From NCBI RefSeq assembly GCF_006345805.1, contig NC_043001.1, positions 36,270,001 through 36,334,000 on the forward strand: a stretch of 64,000 nucleotides of DNA, read 5' to 3'. A program made the translations under genes and the position numbers. Every line of letters starts with the position of its first letter. The first letter of the stretch is position 1. This DNA comes from Octopus sinensis (taxonomy: Eukaryota). The notes beneath the pieces were generated by a model, which was not told the origin of the DNA, made no database searches, and saw only the letters and a program-made list of their open reading frames with translations. Below are positions 1-13,695 of the stretch, piece by piece.

Positions 1-249
1 AATGAATATATGTGTGTATGTCTTTCTGTGTGACTGTGTGTGTATGTCTATGAGCATGCACGTATATATATATATGTGTATATATATATGTGCATATATA
101 TATGTATATATACATATATAGATAGATAGATAGATAGATAAAACACTTAGATAAACTTATTTAGAAATGGATGCGCGGCGTTCAATCGTATAATATAAAT
201 TATATAGATATATATATGCATATATATATATTATGTATATATATGTGCA

Positions 250-322
<73 letters not shown>

Positions 323-615
323 TATATACATATATATGTAAGTATGAAGATATATGTATGTATATGCATAGATATAATTAATAACATCAAAGGGTAATCA
401 GAAATATTAGAAATTTCCATTACCAGTGGCCTAGCGTGTAAAAATTTAGTCAATAGACTATATATTATTCATATAAATACAGTGTACATTTAGGCACATG
501 AGTGGCAGCCATCGTTAGGACTCCTTGCACGCTAGAGAGAACAATTAAATTCCAAACCACAATTGGGAACAAAATTGCGAAAGGAATGAAAAATAAAAAC
601 ATTTACCATCTAACT

Positions 616-690
616 CCTGGACCAATGGTTTCAGACTTTTTTTCAGTAAATAAAAAAAATAATTTGCTAGGCAAAGTCTTCTTCAACAGG
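616..690 (-). ncRNA. Type I hammerhead ribozyme, C3U variant
   Basis: Minus strand reads CCTG TTGAAGA AGACTTT...AAAGTCT GAAA CCATTGG TC CAGG: stems I and II, palindromic stem III, GUC site. Confidence 0.65.
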
Positions 691-1064
691 TACACCTTAG
701 ATTGAATATATATATACACGAGACAATCCAGTATATGTCCTGTGCTTATACAAGGTGACCTAATGATGGATGTCTCTTGTGTGCATAAATGTACACTGTA
801 TTTATATGAATAATATATAGTCTATTGACTAAATTTTTACACGCTAGGCCACTGGTAATGTAAATTTCTAATATTTCTGATTACCCTTCGATATTATTAA
901 CTATTGATAATTTTTTTCTGGATAATTTTCGAATTGAAAAGCCGGCATTTTTATTTACTGCCGACAAGGAGCAGCGCTTGCGTGGTAGATTTGAAAAATT
1001 AGAATGTATAAGCACGGTGCATATACTGTATTCCCTCGTGTATATAAATTTAATCTAAGGTGCA

Positions 1065-1135
1065 CCTGCTGAAGAAGAGTTCGCATAGCAAATTATTTTA
1101 TTTGCTAAGAAAATGTCTGAAACCATTGGTCCAGG
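1065..1135 (+). ncRNA. Type I hammerhead ribozyme
   Basis: CCTG CTGAAGA AGA...TAGCAAAT/ATTTGCTA...TCT GAAA CCATTGG TC CAGG. Intact core with GUC triplet. Confidence 0.75.
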
Positions 1136-1491
1136 AGTTCGATGGTAAATGTTTTTTTTATTTTCATTCCCTTCGAAATTTTTTTCCTATTAGTGGTTGG
1201 GTATTTAACTGTTCTCTCTAGCATGCAAGGAGTCCTAATGATGGATGTCTCATGCATTTAAATGTACACTGTATTTATATGCATATATATATATATATAT
1301 ATGTATATATGTGTGTGTGTGTGTGTGAATATATATATACATATATGTGTGTGTGTATGTATGTATGTATAAATTATTTATATTATATAAATATATATAT
1401 ATGTATGCATATATATAAATGCATGGAAATATTTGTACATATAAGTGTAAAAATATATACATGTGTGTATATATATATATATATATATAAA

Positions 1492-1833
1492 GGGTAAAGA
1501 CCCCCTTCGGTCATGAGTGACCATGGGTTTGCACCTAGAGAGTTACCCTCTGAGGCACAAGTCTGGGCAAAGTTTTTATATGGAAGACCAGTAGTCGCCC
1601 ATGCATACCGGCCTCCCCTCTCCACGCCACCAGTGTTATCCAAGGGAAAGACAAAGGTCGATACACGCTTGGCACCTGTGACGTCGCAACTCATTTCTAC
1701 AGCTGAGTGAACTGGAGCAACGTGAAAAATAAAGTGTCTTGCTCAAGAACACAAGCACGCAGCCCGGTCCGGGATTCGAGCTTACAACCTCACGATCGTA
1801 AGCTCGACGCTCTAACCACTGAGTCATGCGCCT

Positions 1834-1835
<2 letters not shown>
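1492..1835 (-). mobile_element. tRNA-derived SINE, family C
   Basis: Minus-strand head GGCGCATGACTCAGTGGTTAGAGCG...GCTCGAATCCC (Pol III A/B boxes). Homologous copy at 47355-47647. Confidence 0.85.
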
Positions 1836-1916
<81 letters not shown>

Positions 1917-1984
1917 GTAGGTCCCGGGTTGATTCGGGGTTAACCACAGTAAATAAGGTACTCAATCATAGTAGAGTAAAATTA

Positions 1985-2120
1985 ATTTATTATATAGAAG
2001 GAGCTTCTACGGACTAAGGACTAGAACTGTTTCATCAAGAGAAATCTTCAGGAAGCTCCTGAAGATTTCTCTTGAATGAAACAGTTCTAGACCTGTAGAA
2101 GCTCCTTCTATATAATAAAT
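1985..2120. repeat. Near-perfect palindrome of a truncated HHR-bearing element
   Basis: ATTTATTATATAGAAGGAGCTTCTAC...GTAGAAGCTCCTTCTATATAATAAAT arms. Each arm carries CTGAAGA...GAAACAGTT, with the 5' strand of stem I lost at the inversion. Confidence 0.7.
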
Positions 2121-2133
2121 ATATATATAATAT

Positions 2134-2181
<48 letters not shown>

Positions 2182-2275
2182 ATATTATTATGTATGTATG
2201 TATGTATATTTATTATGTATGTATGTAAGGGAAGACAGAGGAAAAAATCAACAACGGTACACACGCGGTCACATT

Positions 2276-2319
<44 letters not shown>

Positions 2320-2369
2320 GTAAATATATATATGTATGTATGTATGTATATATATATATATGTATGCGT

Positions 2370-2570
2370 TTGTGTCACTGTGTTTGTCACACCCAACATC
2401 GCTTGTCAACCGATGCTGGTGTGTTTACATCCCTGTAACCCAGTAGTTCAGCACAAGAGACCGATAGAATAAGTACTAGGCTTACAAAGATTAAGTTCTG
2501 GGATCGATTTGCTCGACTAAAGGCGGTGCTCCAGCATGGCCACATCAAATGACTGAAACAAATAAAAGAG
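2370..2570 (+). mobile_element. SINE family A, 3' half
   Basis: Matches the family A tail ...CTAAAGGCGGTGCTCCAGCATGGCC...GACTGAAAC. Confidence 0.85.
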
Positions 2571-2580
2571 TATATATATA

Positions 2581-2611
<31 letters not shown>

Positions 2612-2621
2612 AATATATATA

Positions 2622-2765
2622 TCACCGTCACTGTGATCACCGTCACTGTGATCACCGTCACCGACCAGGCTATCAGATGTTGCTACACATCGCTGGTCAC
2701 AATGTGCTTCGTATTGTTTTAGCCTTCAAATGACGCCACCCCGCTGGCTAAGCGAGCAGGCCAAT
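2622..2765 (-). mobile_element. Short retroelement 3'-end fragment with (GGTGAC)-like tail; second copy at 5090-5202
   Basis: Two near-identical ~115-bp copies, both inside TA tracts. Confidence 0.55.
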
Positions 2766-2770
2766 TATAT

Positions 2771-2827
<57 letters not shown>

Positions 2828-2859
2828 ACACACTCACATACAATATATATATGTACGTA

Positions 2860-2914
<55 letters not shown>

Positions 2915-3002
2915 GCCATTGTAGATCGTTAGCTTCTACACGCAGTTTTTTCTCTCTTTCTTTTTTCTCTCCTTGTTTCTCTCCTTGTTTTTTTCTGTCT
3001 AT

Positions 3003-3038
3003 CTTTCTGTCGAAGAGCGTAGGCTCGAAACGTAAAAG
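3003..3038 (+). ncRNA. Minimal hammerhead variant inside pseudo-LTR-like repeat 2915-3140
   Basis: CTTT CTGTCGA A GAGC-GTAG-GCTC GAAA CG TA AAAG. A6 is altered and stem III is the palindrome ACGT. Truncated inverted relative at 23022-23140. Confidence 0.55.
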
Positions 3039-4052
3039 TCTTTTTCTATTTCTATTCCTGAGCGCTATACTAATACATTTGTTTGTTTGTACTCCACCTG
3101 CCTTCTTCTTTTGTTTATTTTCGTAAACTTTCCCGTTATATATATATATATATGAAATACAAAAATGAGACAACAAATCACCCAGATGGACGATACCAAG
3201 AAACCAAGGACGGATCATTCGAAGTTTTCTTTCCTCAGTCGAGTACCAGATTATCTTAGCAATTTCGGCTGATTATACTCGTGATTGCTCCAATCTGGCC
3301 AGCCTCAAGGAAGAACTAAGCTAAGAGCATTAGATTCCTTGGAAGAAAAGAGCGAATGTATACAAAAACAAGGACAGAAAAAAACGAACAATGTTACACA
3401 AATACAATAAAAATAATAACAGGACATAACAACAGGTGTCTTTCGAGTAAGGACCAATTAAATTTAGCTGGCGTGTGTGGAGGAACAAAAACGCAACAGA
3501 GTAGAATAGAACATTCGCAGCGACGTACGTACACACTTGTGCTCACCTATACATGCATACATACATACATACATACATACATACATACATACATACATAC
3601 ATACATACATACATACATACATACATGTGTGTGAGTGTGTATTGAAAATTGAAATTAAGCAATTTTTGTCGCTAACAAAATTTCACAAGTGCTTCACGCA
3701 GACTTTCTGACGACACTTTATCGTTGTCAATATATTAAAATCGAGTTTAGTGCCTGCGAGAGAAATGTTTCCAACAGGTTGCGATTGTAATTATCGTCAA
3801 ATTTCATTTTTGTGAGACACTTTGGTTCAGTCGTTCATTGTTTCTAATTTCTTTCGTTCTCTTTTTATTCTTTCTCATTAAGCCTCTTCCAAAAGAGGCG
3901 AAGAAAGAGACACTCTGTCCTCTTCGTCACATGTTTCACTTTTAATTCTCTGCCTCTTCCTCTTCCTTTTCCTCCACTTAATCCTCCTCCAGTAACTACA
4001 ACATCAACCACTACAACAATATCCTGCACTAGCACGACCAGCATTGCAACAA

Positions 4053-4071
4053 GTAGTAGTAGTAGTAGTAC

Positions 4072-4124
<53 letters not shown>

Positions 4125-4240
4125 TAGTAGTAGTAGTAGTAGTAGTAGGAAGCTTTTGTTAGTACTTTAATGATTGTATCGATGATGATGATGATGATGA
4201 TGATGATGATAATAATAACAATGATGATGACAATGACGCT
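4053..4240. repeat. (TAG)n and (GAT)n microsatellites
   Basis: Directly visible. Confidence 0.95.
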
Positions 4241-4642
4241 GATGAGGGGGAGGAAGAGAAGTTAGATGAAGTGGAGGAGGGGATTTAAAGATGGTGGAAG
4301 AGGCATGGAACAAAGTGCACTGAGTAATCTGAACGCTGCCTGACACCATATTTAACTGCTAACTCTCTCTATATATGTTTTGAGTTCAAATGCTATTTGC
4401 CAACCGTATTGCAGTCTTTGAAATCAGCACCAGTAAAACAACTCAGCTGATTTAGAAGATTACACACCCTCTGTTCTAGAAACTCAGGAGAAACCAATAT
4501 TGTTATTAAGCACATTGGCTCCTCATTATTAAGTTTCTGGAGATTACTATACAAGGTTGGAAAAAATGTGACAATTACAGCGAAAATGAGGCGCCATCAA
4601 ATGATTTTCTTTCTGAGATATATTATACATACATACATTATA

Positions 4643-4753
<111 letters not shown>

Positions 4754-4939
4754 CGTGTGTGTGTGTGTGTGTATGTTGTATATATATATATATGTATATA
4801 TATCTATGTATATATATGTATATATATATATGTATATGTATGTATATACATATGCATATACATATGCATAAATAGAAATGGTAAGACAACAAAAGATTGA
4901 AAGAACTCTCGATATTATGTAAATAGAGGAATTTATCTG

Positions 4940-5085
4940 TAAATATATGTGACAATTATTCGGTAGCCATCTCTTCGGTTATCGGCCCGATAACCGAAGA
5001 AATAGCTACGTGGGTTTCCGCCCCGACATCCGGAACTCGGAGTTTCATCATGGCTACCTAATAATTGTCACATATTATATTTACA
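4940..5085. mobile_element. Inverted/truncated HHR-element fragments; degenerate HHR at 4989-5049 (+)
   Basis: GATAA CCGAAGA...GGAA CTCGGAG TT TCATC, same family as the HHR at 48682. Flanks 4940-4970 and 5050-5082 are inverted. Confidence 0.55.
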
Positions 5086-5216
5086 TATATCACCGTGACC
5101 GACCAGACTATCAGATGTTGCTACACATCGCCGGTCACAATGTGCTTCACATTGTTTTAGCCTTCAAATGAAACCACCCCATTGGCTAAGCGAGCAGGCC
5201 AATATTTACATATATA

Positions 5217-5256
<40 letters not shown>

Positions 5257-5557
5257 AATCCAAACGGGAAAACAAAAAAACAACAACAATGGAACAATTA
5301 CAGTATTATTATTAATAGGCGCTCAGGAAATGGAAGCAGGAGGGTATATATATATGATCATACATACATACATACATACATACATACATACATACATACA
5401 TACATACATACATACATACATACATACATGCATACCTTCTGTGTTTGTAGAATTTGTGTACTGCATCATGGCTATAACAGAAATTGTCCGCCCCATTATC
5501 CCTACCACCATCCAAACAAGCAGCAGCAACAACACTGCTGCTGCTCGTTTTGATGAC

Positions 5558-5617
<60 letters not shown>

Positions 5618-5779
5618 GATGAGCAGGAGGAGGAGGAGGAAGAGAAGAACTTAGAGGAAAATGGAAATGATGTTGATGATTTCTTTATTAATAATAATGA
5701 TTTCAATAACGTTAAAGTACATTTATATTAGCCTCCGTGTCCTAACATACACTACAGAAAATTTTATACAAATATGGTC

Positions 5780-6740
5780 GATAATGCAAAATTTCACTTG
5801 TAATCTCTTCCAGTGTTTTAGCTAGCGTTGTGGGTCTTGTGCCAAGTGCACGAATTATTACAGGAATAACTGTTGTTTTGGTCTTTCACAGTCTTCTCAA
5901 CTCTCTTGCTAGATCTTGGTATTTTTTAATTTTTTCCATTTCTGTGGCATCGACTCTGCTACTGGAGGGAATTGCAAAATTCCTGATCTTGCATTGTTTC
6001 GTTATTTTGCCTTCTACAGTCATGTCTGGGGTTCTTGCCTTAGTAGTATGGTCAGTCTTTATGGCGAAGTTCCCCAAGGTCTTGCAATTCTCATTTTCTA
6101 TCAAGGTTTCTGGTTCGTTTTGATACCACTTTTCTGTTGTTTTGGAGCCAAACATCTGGCTAACATCCCAATGCACTCTTTCCTCTACACAGTCATTTAA
6201 GTGATTATACTCTTATTGTGCTAGAATGCTGCACTCATTCAAAATAGGATGGAAACTCTCGTCTCCTCTCCTGCAGCTTTTACACATGCTGTCTATCTAT
6301 CTTTGTCGTTATGAGATTTGTTCTATGGTCTTGTTCCTGAGTGGCTATAATTATCGTCTCTGTCTCTCATTTCAAGTTCGCGTTCGTCAACCAGTGCCAG
6401 CGGGCTTCAGTTCCAACATTTTCCATTTGTTGCACCAATTAGCCATGTGGTTCCATTTCTTTCCGTTTGTTTGTTTTGTTGTTCTTCTTTTTCTCTTTGA
6501 ATTCTCCTACTGTTTCGGTCACCTTTTGGGTATCTTTGGCTGCCGATAGTATTCTTTCTTTACTCTTCGCAACATCGATTTTCGGACCAACTATCGCAGC
6601 ATTAACAGTGTTTTCTAATTTTAGAAAACACATCTTCCTTTCTTGGTAAGTAGAATCCGTTGGTATTATTTTCAATATGGAGTGCTTTGTGCATTGTGAC
6701 TCTTAGATTATTTTTCGAAGGTTTAAGTGACAGATAGGGA
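5780..6740 (-). mobile_element. Degraded R4/Dong-like non-LTR retrotransposon, C-terminal restriction-like endonuclease region
   Basis: ORF 5886-6176 (KWYQNEPETLIENE...KTDH...ARTPDM...FAIP...EKIKKYQDLARELRRL) is homologous to the better copy at 44599. Confidence 0.8.
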
Positions 6741-7399
6741 TACGGTATTCCAAATATGTAATATGATATACGAATATATGTTATAATATACAAGCATGTG
6801 CTTTGATACGAGAAAACGTGAAGAAAACATGTATAGTGGTACTGAAGTGCAAAAGATAATAAAATAATTGACGTCGAAGAGGAGTATAAAAATAGACTAA
6901 CATGTGTTTGGATCTCGAATTTAAAGGGAATTGAAAAACACTCAGGCTTTATGAAGAAGTTGTCTTAACTTCATTTATATGGACATTGGAGAAAGGAAAT
7001 ATTAAACGACTTCAAGTAATTATTGAAATCGCATTGTACTTTTTAGTTTTTGTAAATTTACCTCTTGCTCTACTAAAATTGTAGTGAGTGAAAAATTGCT
7101 GATAATTATTTGAGGTATTCGCAGTAAATAGAAAATGTAGGAGTAGTATTAGTAGTATTTAATTATTGCTTAAGAATGAAGTATTAACTTTCGATTAAAT
7201 GGGATTAACATTGAAAGCCAGAATCACGAAATATATTCAGAAAGAAGTTAACGAGTCAGAGCACTTGTTAACAGCTTAGAGAAAGTTTCACTGTCATAAG
7301 GCAGATACATTCGTTGAAGATAAGAATCTTGAAGAAAGAAAAAATAAATGAATAAACAGAAATATTTCAGAAACAGTGAAACCTTACCTGCGCAATCAG

Positions 7400-8250
7400 T
7401 ATTCTTTTCTACTCTAGGTACAAAGCCCGAAATTTTTGAGAAGGGGGCCAGTCGATGAGATCGGCCCAGTACGCAACTCGTACTTAATTTATGGACGACG
7501 AAAGGATGAGAGGTAAAGTCGACCTCGGCGGAATTTGAACTCAGAACGTAAAGACAGACGAAATATCGCTAAGCATTTCGCCCGGCGTGCTAATATTTCT
7601 TATTTCTTTATTGCCCACAAGGGGCCATACACAGAGGGGACAAACAAGGACAGAAAAACGGATTAAGTCGATTATATCGACTCCAGTGCGTAACTGGTAC
7701 TTATTTAATCGACCCCGAAAAGATGAAATGCAAAGTCGACCTCGGGGGAATTTGAACTCAGAACGTAGCGGCAGACGAAATACCTATTTCTTCACTACCC
7801 TCAAGGGGCTAAACACAGAAGGGACAAACAAGGACAGACAAACGGATTAAGTCGATTATAACGACCCCAGTGCGTAACTGGTACTTATTTAATCGACCCC
7901 GAAAGGATGAAAGGCAAAGTCGACCTCGGTGGAATTTGAACTCAGAACGTAGTGGCAGACGAAATACCGCTAAGAATTTCACCCGGCGTGCTAACGTTTC
8001 GGTCAGCTCACCGCCTTCCTGCGCAATCAGCATTGCGAAGGTAAATATGATTTGAAATCTCGGTGCAAAGCCATCAGTTTTGAGGAAGGAGCTTAGTCGA
8101 TTACATCGACTGGTGCCTATTTTTACCGGCCCCCGAAAGGCTGAAAGACTAAGTAGACCTCGGCGAAATTTGAACTCAGAACGTAAAGACAGACAATAAG
8201 CTACTAAAGATTTTCCTGCAGCCTGCTAACGATTCTGCTCACTCGTCGCC
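7400..8250 (-). mobile_element. SINE family B multimer cluster
   Basis: Repeated GTCGACCTCGGCGGAATTTGAACTCAGAACG blocks (reverse-complemented B box). Confidence 0.85.
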
Positions 8251-8439
8251 AAATGGTGATGTCGATGGTTTCCGAGCTTAGACTGCCAGCAGTTTTGAAG
8301 CGAGGGCATTAGGTGATGCTGTCGACCTCAGTACAGGATTACTGCTTTATAGCTTCTGTAAATGAAGTATTCAGTACTAAATATGTAGGGAAAGAACAGA
8401 ATTACTTCCGACACTATTTCGCCGATATAAGAAAACAGA

Positions 8440-8870
8440 AAGCACAGTGAAGAAATTTCAAGACACATAAAGAGAAGGTTACTTCTTTCTACTCCACAAT
8501 TCAGAATTCAGATAAATCTAAATGGCAGTAAAAGTGTTGCTGTAAATAAGAAATTTGACATCAAGCGGCATCCGAAATTTCGATGAATTTAGGGAGTAAA
8601 CACGAAAGGTTAAAGTTCATAAACTTTAATTGAGCTTAGAAAAGTAAAGTTCAGTATTCAAAGATAAAAAAAACCCATAGAAAAATACACTTGCTAGCCA
8701 AGTGGCATCGAGGTTGATATCAGAAAACCTGGACCATTTTCTTATGCGCGGAAAGAACTAAATCTACAGGCAGCGACATTATTGGTGGAAGTGATACGTG
8801 ACATGACAACTAACTTAGCCTTTTGTTTTACTGACACGTTAACTCACAGGTGACTTCAAATTATATAGCA
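8440..8870 (+). mobile_element. Degenerate hAT (Buster/SPIN, GTF2IRD2-like) transposase fragment
   Basis: Hand translation gives KKFQDT*REGYFFL, KSVAVNKKFDIKRH and LASQVASRLI, resembling the N-terminus of this transposase family. Frameshifted. Confidence 0.5.
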
Positions 8871-9020
8871 TCCCAATAGATGTGTGAAAGTGTACATCGC
8901 ATTAGAAAGATTTTAAAAAGTATCGTTGAGATACAATGCAATGATCTATGAAAATTTAGGATTCATAGAGAGGCTATAAAAAATCTAAAAGAAATACACA
9001 AGCATACATGTATATATATT

Positions 9021-9288
9021 CTTTTATTCCCTTATTTGTTTCAGTCATTTGATTGCGGCCGTGCTGGGGCACAGCCTTTAGTCGAACAAATCGACCCCAG
9101 GACTTATTCTTTGTAAGCCTAGTACTTATTCTATCGGTCTTTTTTTCCGAACTGCTGGGTTACGGGGACGTAAGCACACAAACACTGGTTGTCAAGCGAT
9201 AGTGGGGGACAAACACAGACACAGAAACATATACATACATACATACATACATATATATACATATTATATACTATATATATATATATAT

Positions 9289-9330
<42 letters not shown>

Positions 9331-9476
9331 TATATATATACGAGGAGCTTCTTTCAGTTTCCGTCTATCATATCCACTCACAAATTTTTGGTCGGCCCGA
9401 GGCTATAGTAGAAGACACGTGCCCTAGATGCGACACAGTGGGGATGAACCCAGAACAATGTGGTTGGTTAGCAAGC
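9021..9476 (-). mobile_element. SINE family A with internal TA/TACA microsatellite
   Basis: Matches the copy at 19183-19570. Confidence 0.85.
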
Positions 9477-10116
9477 ATATACGGATACAGACACACAAAT
9501 GTATTTAGATTTCCATAGTAATAACCCTTATTACACTAGTCGAAGGACTTAAATTACATCGACCCAAGCTGCTTATTTCATTGATCACGAACGGATGAAA
9601 ATCAAAATCGACCGCACCGGAATTTGAATTCAGAATACAATAACGAAAGAACCGCCGAAAAAGAACTTCCGTGTTTTTTTTTATTTTCTATTATTTAAAT
9701 TTTTTTTTGCTTAGCTCGTTATATATTCCGTCAAGCTCACCACCTTACGGTTCCATACACAAAATAATCTACACAATTTGTATTCCCAAACTGAGAAATA
9801 TCTTCTAACTCAAGTCATTGCTTGTCAAATTATTCTATTTTTCTATTTCTATCAGTCTGTATCAGTTTTGTCTATCAGTATTATTTTCGTTATTCTTCAC
9901 TTTATTGTATCTGTGTGTACACCCTACCCTCCATTTTTAATCCATATATACACATATACACTAGCACGCGCATACATACACTGACACACACACATCTAAG
10001 CATACATGCATGCATATATATGTATGTGTGTACGTATATATATATATATATATGCACACACACACATATATATATATATTTATATACGTATATGTTATAT
10101 TATACGCACACTCATA

Positions 10117-10147
<31 letters not shown>

Positions 10148-11274
10148 AATATATGTATGTATGTATGTTTGTATATACACATACATACAGATACACACAT
10201 ATATATGTATATGTATTTATATAATGCATGTTTGTGTATATATATATATTTGTGTGTATATATACATATATATGTGCATAAATATATATAATATATATAT
10301 GTATGTATGTATATATATGTGTGTGTGCACGTATGTATATGTGTGTGTGTGCGTGCGTGTGTGTATATATATGTGTGTGTGTGTGTGTAAACATAAGTGC
10401 ATATACACGCAACACCACTGTACATAGTATTTTGCTTTTGTTTTGCTTTTTTACTTTGTATGATCTAACGATATGGCTAACATCTGTCAGATGGTCGGAA
10501 CGCTGGACATGGTGGCGGCTAGTTGCAAGTTCAGAGAAACAGACCCCGCCAGAGCAAAGGTCAATAAAATCTAGCCAGCAGATCAATCAAATAACCACAA
10601 TCTACTTGGCATTGAGTCAAATCTCACCGCATTCCCAATCTGTCAATTAAATTGGCATATCTTATTATGAACTCAATTTGATCCTTTAACTTTCTTCTGC
10701 TGCTTTCTTACAAGATGTCTGTGGAAAACGAACCATTCTGCAAAGCTAATGCATTTTCTTTTTTTCTTTTCAGTAGAGCTGTGCATTCGATATTGTAATC
10801 TTTGTGGAATTGTATTTAAGGGTTTCTTCCCGAATAGCGACGTCTTCAGAATGTACAACACGTCAGTCGTTGATAGTAATGGTGAGTTCATTCTCATGAA
10901 CATTGCAAAATCCCATCTGAGCAATCAGTAGAGCTAGGGGTTAATCTAAATAAAACAATCCACAAACCCAGGACACATTCTGTACAATAAACATCTAATG
11001 AAATAGACTACCCTCCATATGTACTCTACGGGATAGATATCCAACAGAACGACGGCAAGTCGCATTATACGCATGACACAATGCAAACACTAATACAACA
11101 AAAGACTCGAGCCAAACTCCATAACAAACCAAACTGATACAATGCAGTAACATGAGTCTTTACTCTCGCAATACCAAAAGAAAACTTGAAAACACAATAC
11201 TGCATGCACCTCAGGTACACGGAAGTGTTACCGACGAATGAAGTATTAGAAATTAACCTGAGACTATGAAATAG

Positions 11275-11341
11275 TAATAATAATAATAATAATAATAGTA
11301 GTAGTAGTAGTAGTAATAATAATAATAATAATAACAATAAA

Positions 11342-11379
<38 letters not shown>

Positions 11380-11447
11380 TAACAATAACAATAACAATAA
11401 CAACAACAATAATAATAATAATAGTAATAATAATAATAATAATAATG
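11275..11447. repeat. (TAA/TAG/CAA)n microsatellite
   Basis: Directly visible. Confidence 0.95.
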
Positions 11448-11659
11448 GTTTACGATTTAGGCACAAAGCAAGTAATTTTGAGACACGGTCTTAGTACATC
11501 GACCCCAGTGCAGAGCTGGTACTTTATTTGTATCGAATTCTAAAAGATGAAAAGCAAAGTTCACCTCAACGAAATGTCAACCTAGAACATAAAGAGACGA
11601 AACGAATGCCGCAAAGCATTCTTTATGGCGATTTAACGGTTCCTTCAATCCAGCACTCC

Positions 11660-11685
11660 AGTAGTAGTAGTAGTAGTAGTAGTAA

Positions 11686-11746
<61 letters not shown>

Positions 11747-11825
11747 GGTGGTGGTGGTGGTGGTGGTGGTGGTAGTAGTAGTAGTAGTGGTGGTGGTAGT
11801 GGTGGTGGTGGTGGTAGTGGTGGTG

Positions 11826-11866
<41 letters not shown>

Positions 11867-11870
11867 GGTG

Positions 11871-11911
<41 letters not shown>

Positions 11912-11996
11912 GGTGGTGGTAGTAGTAGTAGTGGTAGTAGTGGTGGTGGTAGTAGTAGTAGTGGCGGCAGCAGCAGCAGTAGTAATAGTGGTGATG

Positions 11997-12027
<31 letters not shown>

Positions 12028-12052
12028 CAGCAGCAGCAGTAACAGTAGCAGC

Positions 12053-12124
<72 letters not shown>

Positions 12125-12152
12125 AAGAAGAAGAAGAAGAAGAAGGAGGAGG
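11660..12152. repeat. Compound trinucleotide array (TAG)n/(TGG)n/(CAG)n/(AAG)n
   Basis: Directly visible. Explains the poly-S/G/K, poly-V and poly-H/Y ORFs. Confidence 0.95.
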
Positions 12153-13240
12153 ATGGCAGCAACGACACCGCTTTAAATTACATATAAAACATTTAGTTAG
12201 AGACTGGAACATCATAGAATTACTACTTATCTTAGAGATTAATAAAAATGGCGTCACTTCCGTTGAAATTTCAGGTCTTCACGAATTAGTTTACTGAACG
12301 CTGAACAAATCTCGTCTATTAAGCGTTATTACGTTTTTAACGCTTCTTCTAAGTATGCAATTCCCAGTGACATGTTACCAAGCGGAAAATTTCCCCGAAG
12401 AGCGTAGCTTCTCCAAGTTATCCGATGTTTTAACAAAACTATTGAAGATTTCTACAGAATATATCCTATTATCTACCTCCTATTCAAATCCTTGTACACG
12501 ACCTGATAATCGGATTCTATACGTGAATCAAGGAATTATTCAAGAAATGGCAGTTTCGACATTTAGATTACGATTTCAGCTAAAAATTACTTTCCAATAG
12601 ACTAAATTATACGATTTCTGAGTGAAAATCCTTCCACCTATTTACATAGTCTCTAGTAATTCGTAATCATCCCAGCTTCACTTTTAACTGTAAATAGCAC
12701 TTTTATTATGAACGAATGAAGAGCATACGATCATGCAAGCAACACACACACACAGACACATACTCTTATTACATACTCACGCACACTCACACAAACACAT
12801 ACAAACTCACGCTCGCACTCATGCACACAATTCTACTGATGTATACATTTATATGGATACGAACACGGGTATGTAATTGGTCAGACATGGAAACATAACT
12901 TCAGAAAATAGAATGTACGTCTGCGTATATCTACAATATATTCACCCACGGATATTTCTGTAATTCGTGTGCTTCATACATGCGCATACATGAATATGTT
13001 TACAAGGAGCTTCGTGGTTGACAATGGAGCTGCAAGAAATCTCTGTCATATCTTCTGTACTCGAATATCTCCTACCAACACCACCATCACCATCTTATGT
13101 AACATATAGCACAATACAGCCATAAATATCTGAAAGCACAATACTGAATGGTCGAAGCTTGAATGCCTTTAATCAAGTCCATGCTGGAGCTAAGCAACAT
13201 CAACAGAATTTTTGCTAAAATATATTGTAACTGTGTTAAA

Positions 13241-13470
13241 GGCGGCGAGCTGGCAGAAACGTTAGCACGCCGGGCGAAATGCGTAGCCGTATTTCGTCTG
13301 CTGTTACGTTCTGAGTTCAAATTCCGCCGAGGTCGACTTTGCATTTCATCCTTTCGGGATTGATAAATTAAGTACCAGTTACGCACTGGGTTCGATATAA
13401 TCGACTTAATCCCTTTGTCTGTCCTTGTTTGTCCCCTCTGTGTTTAGACCCTTGTGGGTAGTAACGAAAT
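13241..13470 (+). mobile_element. SINE family B, full length
   Basis: GGCGGCGAGCTGGCAGAAACG (A box)...GAGTTCAAATTCC (B box)...AAAT tail. Confidence 0.9.
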
Positions 13471-13695
13471 ATATATTGTAGCTGTGTGAAATGAGTATGT
13501 GGAAAATGGGTTTGACATTGGTGCTAGTGAAAATAGTCCATCTAGTTCAATGTATAAATATTATCCTCTGGCATAACAGTGACATTTACATATCGAAGAA
13601 AATAAAAGTTCTTTGTGTTACATAAATAAATACAATTTCGATTGTAACAAACATGGCCCTAACATGGTGCTGCTGTAACTACCCACGATAATGTA

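Larger units (their letters stand above)
377..1280. mobile_element. Non-coding HHR-bearing element in inverted/permuted copies (Penelope pseudo-LTR / retrozyme-like)
   Basis: 377-505 is the reverse complement of 770-900, and 505-750 is the reverse complement of 1005-1250. Both ends abut (TA)n. Contains two HHR folds. Confidence 0.7.

Noticed and set aside
1740-1835. tRNA gene
   Set aside because: It is the tRNA-derived head of a multi-copy SINE that continues into a body and tail.
3205-3320. Minus-strand CTGAGGA-AAG-AAAA-CTT-CGAAT and GGCTG...CAGCC-GAAA hammerhead-like pieces
   Set aside because: Core or stem I incomplete; not supportable from this copy.
10673-10930. Possible exon or RTE endonuclease remnant
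   Set aside because: Only faint similarity by eye and no clear splice structure.
11528-12257. 219-226 aa Ser/Gly/Lys or His/Tyr ORFs
   Set aside because: Compound trinucleotide repeat that is open in several frames; the start lies in a SINE remnant.
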